In this document: positions 57,005 to 64,000 of the stretch, in pieces
Layout: every line of letters begins with the position of its first letter
Position numbering within the stretch: the stretch's first letter is position 1
From: the human T2T-CHM13v2.0 reference genome, Homo sapiens
Reading direction: 5' to 3' (one strand)
Assembly (NCBI RefSeq): GCF_009914755.1
Contig: NC_060934.1
Length of the DNA: 64,000 bases
Made by a program: the position numbers and the translations under genes
Notes under the pieces: model-generated
Told to the model about the DNA's origin: nothing
The model's input: the letters and a program-made list of their open reading frames with translations, nothing else
Databases searched by the model: none

Positions 57005-57508
57005 GTGGAGGCAGAGGAGTGAGGCCCACGGGCAGCGCCCAGGAGCCCACCTTCCCCTCTGGCCCAGCCACCACTGCCTCTCAGCTTCAACAGGTGACAG
57101 GCTGCTTTCGTGACTTGATATTGGTGTCATAGCATTTGGCCTACATTAAAAGCCACAATTTCATGGGGAAAGGACAAAATGGAGAGTGACTGAGGTGCTG
57201 ACCTCAGTGCAAGGCTGGTGAACCCTGCAGCGGGCCAGCTATGGTGGGAAGCCTGGCATTTGGGGTGCTCCTTGCAACGTCTTAAGCAAGCGACCCCCCT
57301 GACATAGCAAAAGGTGGCAACCCATGGAGGCAGAAAGAAGGACGCCAGCCTGACCCTTATCTGAAACGTCCTAAGCAGAGTTAATCCTGGCTGCTCAGGA
57401 GAGGCGACACATTTCAAATCTCCACGAGATATTCTCCACACAGAAAATCTTCTTGATTCTATAGAGACTTAATCATGCCTATGGCTTTGAATAATCTTAT
57501 GTGATTTA

Positions 57509-57519
57509 AATAAATTAAA
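57509..57519 (+). terminator. ECHDC3 polyadenylation signal (overlapping AATAAA/ATTAAA)
   Basis: AATAAA at 57509-57514 overlapping ATTAAA at 57514-57519, with GT/T-rich sequence (ggtatgttttat) about 20 nt downstream; about 0.5 kb after the stop. Confidence 0.75.
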
Positions 57520-57771
57520 TCTTTATAGAGACTGGTATGTTTTATCTCCCCAGCTACACTGCAAGCTGTCTAAGAAAAGAAAAAAAAATCAATTAACTGT
57601 TTTTGTATGCTCACGCTGATGGCATAGAGTAGGTGCCTCCTATTTCTATAACAAATGCCCTTGTTATCCACGTTTTTGTGAAACCCGGACCCCAGGCTCA
57701 ACCTGAGGATGAAAACACTGGGGAGAGGAGGTGGGGTGCACACATCCTACGCATTAAGAGCACCTCCTCCC

Positions 57772-58068
57772 GGCTGGGCGCTGGCTCCCGCCTATAATCC
57801 CAGCACTCTGGGAGGCCGAGGCAGGTGGATTACCTGAGGTCAGGAGTTCAAGACCAGCCTGACCAACATGGTGAAACCCGTCTCTACTAAAAATACAAAA
57901 ATTAGCCAGGTGCAGTGGCGTGTGCCTGTAATCCCAGCTACTTGGGAGGCTGAGGCAGGAGAATCGCTTGAACTCAGAGGCGGAGGTTGCAGTGAGCCGA
58001 GATGGTGCCACTGCACTCTAGCTCTGGGGCAATAGAGCAAGACTCCGCCTCAATTAAAAAAAAAAAAG
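57772..58068 (+). mobile_element. Alu (AluS)
   Basis: Full dimer; TSD-like cacctcctcc. Confidence 0.9.
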
Positions 58069-59803
58069 GAACACCTCCTCCAGACACACTTCCAAATGAT
58101 GCTCGGCTTCCAGGAGAGATCACAGACCAGAACCAGGTGCAGTGCATGAGTTTCCCACCTGAGCAAGGGTTTGACTGGGGACCTAAGTCTATGACCTGCT
58201 GGCTTCAGGTCAAACGTGGCCCAAGAAATGTCCCAAATCTCTTGTCCTCAAGATTGCCGTAAGGCTGATTGTTTAAAACCAGTTTATTTCACCTGTGAGT
58301 AGAACGTGGCCTTTCATGGGATGAGTACCACGCTGGGGATGAAGAGCTGTAAGGCTCTAGCCTGTGGTTATTCAAATGGCCGGGGCAAGGGTCTCATGGT
58401 ATGGGTGTCCCTGAGTTGTTCTCACAGGTTTCTGTTGAGAAAGACAATTTGTTTCTTTCCTAGATTTTAGAAAACATAGAGTGTGCTCTTGAAAAAAAGG
58501 AGTTTGTTACAACTCCTTACGCACAGAAAATTATGAGAGCTGCCACTTCCTGGACAAACACTGTGTGCTGAGCACCCTCTGTACATTCTAATTTCATCCT
58601 CATGCCAGCCCAGTGGTGTAGGTACCGCAGCGACCTCCAGCTCATGGGTGAGTAGGTGAGGCCAGCTTTGTCCAAGGTCAAACAGCTGAGATTGTAGAGT
58701 GAGGATTGCAGACACCATCTGCCTGATAAAGCCACAGATAATTGTCCCCCTGGCCACACTGCCCCGAAGGGGGCCACTGGGCTGGTGTGAGGTTAACCTG
58801 GGGTCAGCAAGCCTGAAGAAATGGCCGTCCTACCCTGTGACAGTTTCCCAAGACAAAGGAATGGCCCCAGCATTGAACCCCTTGCTACCGAACACTGCCA
58901 GTGTGCAAGGGAAGGGACACCAGCTTTGCTTATCCACAGAGCACCAGTGGAGTTTTTACTGCCAAGCTCATAAACACCGGGCTGAAGCTTCTAGATGAGG
59001 GCGTGATGCACTGGCTGTCGTGGGCAGCTCAAGAATCCTGCAGGTCCGTGGGACCACCTGCTGTCTCTTCCCCTTCAGAGGACCTGCTATGGAAGTCACC
59101 ACCTTGTGGTTGCCAGCCCACACCATGTAGGGGAGAGTGTGATGTCAACTCTCAGGGCCTTGGAGAAAGTAACAAACCCTTCTCAAACACTTGACAAAAG
59201 AAAATCAAAAGTTGACTTTCCCATTTCCTTATGAGCGCTATGCCCTCAAACCATGGCCTCCAGTCTGGCTTCCCGGCCCCAAGCTGATGCACACTCAGGG
59301 GCTAGCTATACATTTTAATGGCCGCCTGTGCAGAAAGTAATCCAGAAAGAAAATCTGCTCCCCACCCTGCAATGTCATGTAATTTATCCCCAGGCAAATA
59401 TCAATTCTGGGTTTATTTGTATCTCTGCTTCCTTCCCCCGCGATAGTGAATACAAATTTTCGATAACCACACATGATAATTGCTTTCGGAAAGCCTGGAA
59501 GGTTTATCTTTCCCTCTGTGCTGTTTACTTCTTGGGGTAGCTGAGCTGAGCTCTGCCCAGTAGGTCATACTCCATCAGGTTCAGGGGCCATGCAGTAACA
59601 TGGGTATCCATTTCTGTCCGCCCTGGCTGAGAGATCCCTGGAGAGCTGGCTTGACCCTGGAAAACAAAAACAAATGAAGTGAATGAGAGAACACCAGCTC
59701 CCTGACTGATTCTACACCAGTGACTTTAGGTCTGTTACAATGCAAAAGCACATGGTGATTTAGGCTGAAACTGTGCCAGGCAGCCCTAGGAAGTACGTCG
59801 TCG

Positions 59804-60143
<340 letters not shown>

Positions 60144-60922
60144 TAACTTGCTGGGATTTTGATTGGGATTGCGTTGAATCTATAGACCAAGATACCAGCC
60201 CAAGGAGGTGAGTCTGTGTCCACATTTTTATGATCAAAAATGTTAGAAAGGTTGAAAAAAAAATAGTACAACTGTCAACCATAGCCACCATCTAGAGTCA
60301 ATTAACATTTAATATGTTTCCATATTTGCTTTAATCTGCGTGTGTGTGTGTAAATAGTTTTTGGCTAAACTATTCAAACATAAGTTGTTGAGATCTTGAT
60401 ATCTTAGTCCTCGATACTTCAGTATACATCTTCTAAAATATAAGGATGTTCTCTCACACAGCTGTCATACTTCTGTCTCAACTAAGAAAATTTAAAACAG
60501 TTCCTTAATATTAATTATCTAGTCCATGTTCAAATTTCTCCAGTTGTTCCTGAAAGAGACTTTATGCTAGATTTTTGAACCAAGATTCAATCAAGGTCCA
60601 CACATTGCATTTGGTTGTTAGGTACCTTTTAAAAAATGTTTTAGTGTTAAAAAATTCAGAACAGTCCAATTCACTTTTTTAATGACATTGGCTATTTAAA
60701 GTGACCAGGCCGGTTGTCTTGTAAATGTACAAGTTTTTGGATTTGCCTATGTGTAACAATAACACTTCACTATTTTCCGTATGTATTTATTTTTAGAAGT
60801 AAACCTTGATTAGTTTGTGCCAAATTCGGTAATTCTATTCCCTTTCCCAGTGGCTAGATTAAGAATGACCCATGATATAATTCCAAAAAGATGACTGGGA
60901 GGCTTCTTGAAAAAAAGTACTC

Positions 60923-61124
60923 CCAGCTTGGGCAACACAGCAAAACCTCATCTCTACAAAAACACACACAAAAAATTAGCTGGGTATGGTAGCGCACACC
61001 TGTGGTCCCTGCTACCTGGGAGGCTGAGGCAGGAGGATCACTTGAGATGAAGGCTGCAGTGAGCAAAGATTGCACCACTGCACTCCAGCCTGGGCAACAG
61101 AGCAACACCCCATCTTGAAAAAAA
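60923..61124 (+). mobile_element. Alu, partial (AluJ-like)
   Basis: End of left arm plus right arm. Confidence 0.8.
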
Positions 61125-61149
61125 GCACTCAAGGAAGTTCAATTCATTA

Positions 61150-61980
<831 letters not shown>

Positions 61981-62383
61981 CCCTAGATGCTGTCCTCTGT
62001 AGAGTAATGGCTTCTCTCTGGAGTTGTGGCTGCAGACACCTGTACTCAAAAGAAGACAAGGCAGAGGGCAAAAGCCTTCCCAATGAAGGTGGCAGAGTGG
62101 AAAGATGGAAAAAAGCCAAGACTTTGATAATGTGACTGAACCACTGTATCTTTGGACTCCTAATTACGTGAAATAATCCTTATGGCATAAGCCATTTTGA
62201 AGGGCATTTTCTGTATTTTCAACCTAAAGCATTCTCTATCGTAGACGCTTTTGGTGGAGGTGATAAAATCATAAATAACTAATGAACCCAAGGTAGAATG
62301 TCCTCAGATGCAAAGAGGTACACGGTGCTGTCTGAGTCCAGACAAGGAGTTTCCTTCCAGCTGGAGAGCCAGAAGAAACTTCA

Positions 62384-62711
<328 letters not shown>

Positions 62712-63024
62712 GAATAGGTAAGTCTGGACCAGGGGAGATGTGAGAGGACATTCCAAGGGGAGAAGGCCGTGAAAGAGGTGAGAAGAGGTTGCTGGAGTGT
62801 TCGATACGTGATGGGCAGTGAGAGAAAATTACGCTGGGGCCAGATTTCCAAGGCAAAAGCCAGGGAGTTGAAGCCATCTGCTAGGTAGTAGGGAGCTGCC
62901 TGAGATTTTTGATTGACAGTTGTGATCAAAAGAGGGGGAATCCCAATGTTTGAGAGGAGGACTACTTTTCCTCAACCCAACAGACAGGAGGCTTATGGCT
63001 TCATCATTTTGCAGTAAAAAGTGT

Positions 63025-63368
<344 letters not shown>

Positions 63369-63906
63369 TGATAATCTGAATGAAACAGATGCTTTCCTGG
63401 GAGAATAAATTCTAATTTTGGTTGGTACAAGAATTAGAAAATATAAATAGACCAATATCACAGAAGAAAAGTGTGTCACAGTGATGCAAAACACATGAGG
63501 CCTCGCTTGTCTTAACAGTAAATTCTAGAAAACCTTTATGGAAACAAACAGGCAAGAGCACATGATGAACTAGAATCTCATGTGAAGACAGATGCAAGGT
63601 TTGCCTTATGAATGAAAGGATTGTTTATAAAATCGGGTCATGTAATTTACTGCAATATGTTGGTATTCTCTCTGGGTAAGAGAGTGGGGATATGAGTGGA
63701 GAAAAGGGTTTTCACTATTATCATTTGGGTGATAGGATTACTCTGGGTGAAGGAATTACTGGTGCTTTTTTTTTTTCCAAAATAATAGCTTCATTGAGAT
63801 ATAATTCAAATACCATACAATGTACCCTCTTAAAGTATACAATTCAGTGGTTTTTAGTTTATTTGTGGAGCTATGTGATTTACCACAATCAATTTTAGAA
63901 CATTAC

Positions 63907-64000
63907 GGCCGGGCGCAGTGACTCATGCCTATAATCCTAGCACTTCGGGAGGCCGAGGCAGGCAGAACAACTGAGGTCAGGAGTTCAAGACCAGCCTGGC
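63907..64000 (+). mobile_element. Alu, cut by the window end
   Basis: ggccgggcgcagtgactcatgcc... Confidence 0.88.

Overview
Primate (human or hominine) genomic DNA, dense in Alu, L1, L2, MIR and LTR repeats. It holds one complete protein-coding gene, ECHDC3 (enoyl-CoA hydratase domain-containing 3; + strand; five coding exons from 36046 to 57004; 303 aa; CpG-island promoter). About 5 kb upstream on the - strand is a full-length L1PA2-type LINE-1 (24904-30930) with dead ORF1 and ORF2. Two features of this L1 stand out. (1) Its target-site duplications enclose an extra 195 bp in front of the L1 5' end, made of a THE1 LTR piece joined to THE1-internal sequence, consistent with an LTR-driven 5' transduction or a template-switch chimera. 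(2) Its antisense promoter and intact 71-aa ORF0 point at ECHDC3; ORF0 splice donor 2 is in frame with exon 2 and donor 1 with exon 3, predicting ORF0-ECHDC3 fusions that lack the mitochondrial-targeting exon. Repeat subfamily names and reference-protein comparisons come from my recall of consensus sequences, not from a search. Most repeat boundaries are approximate.
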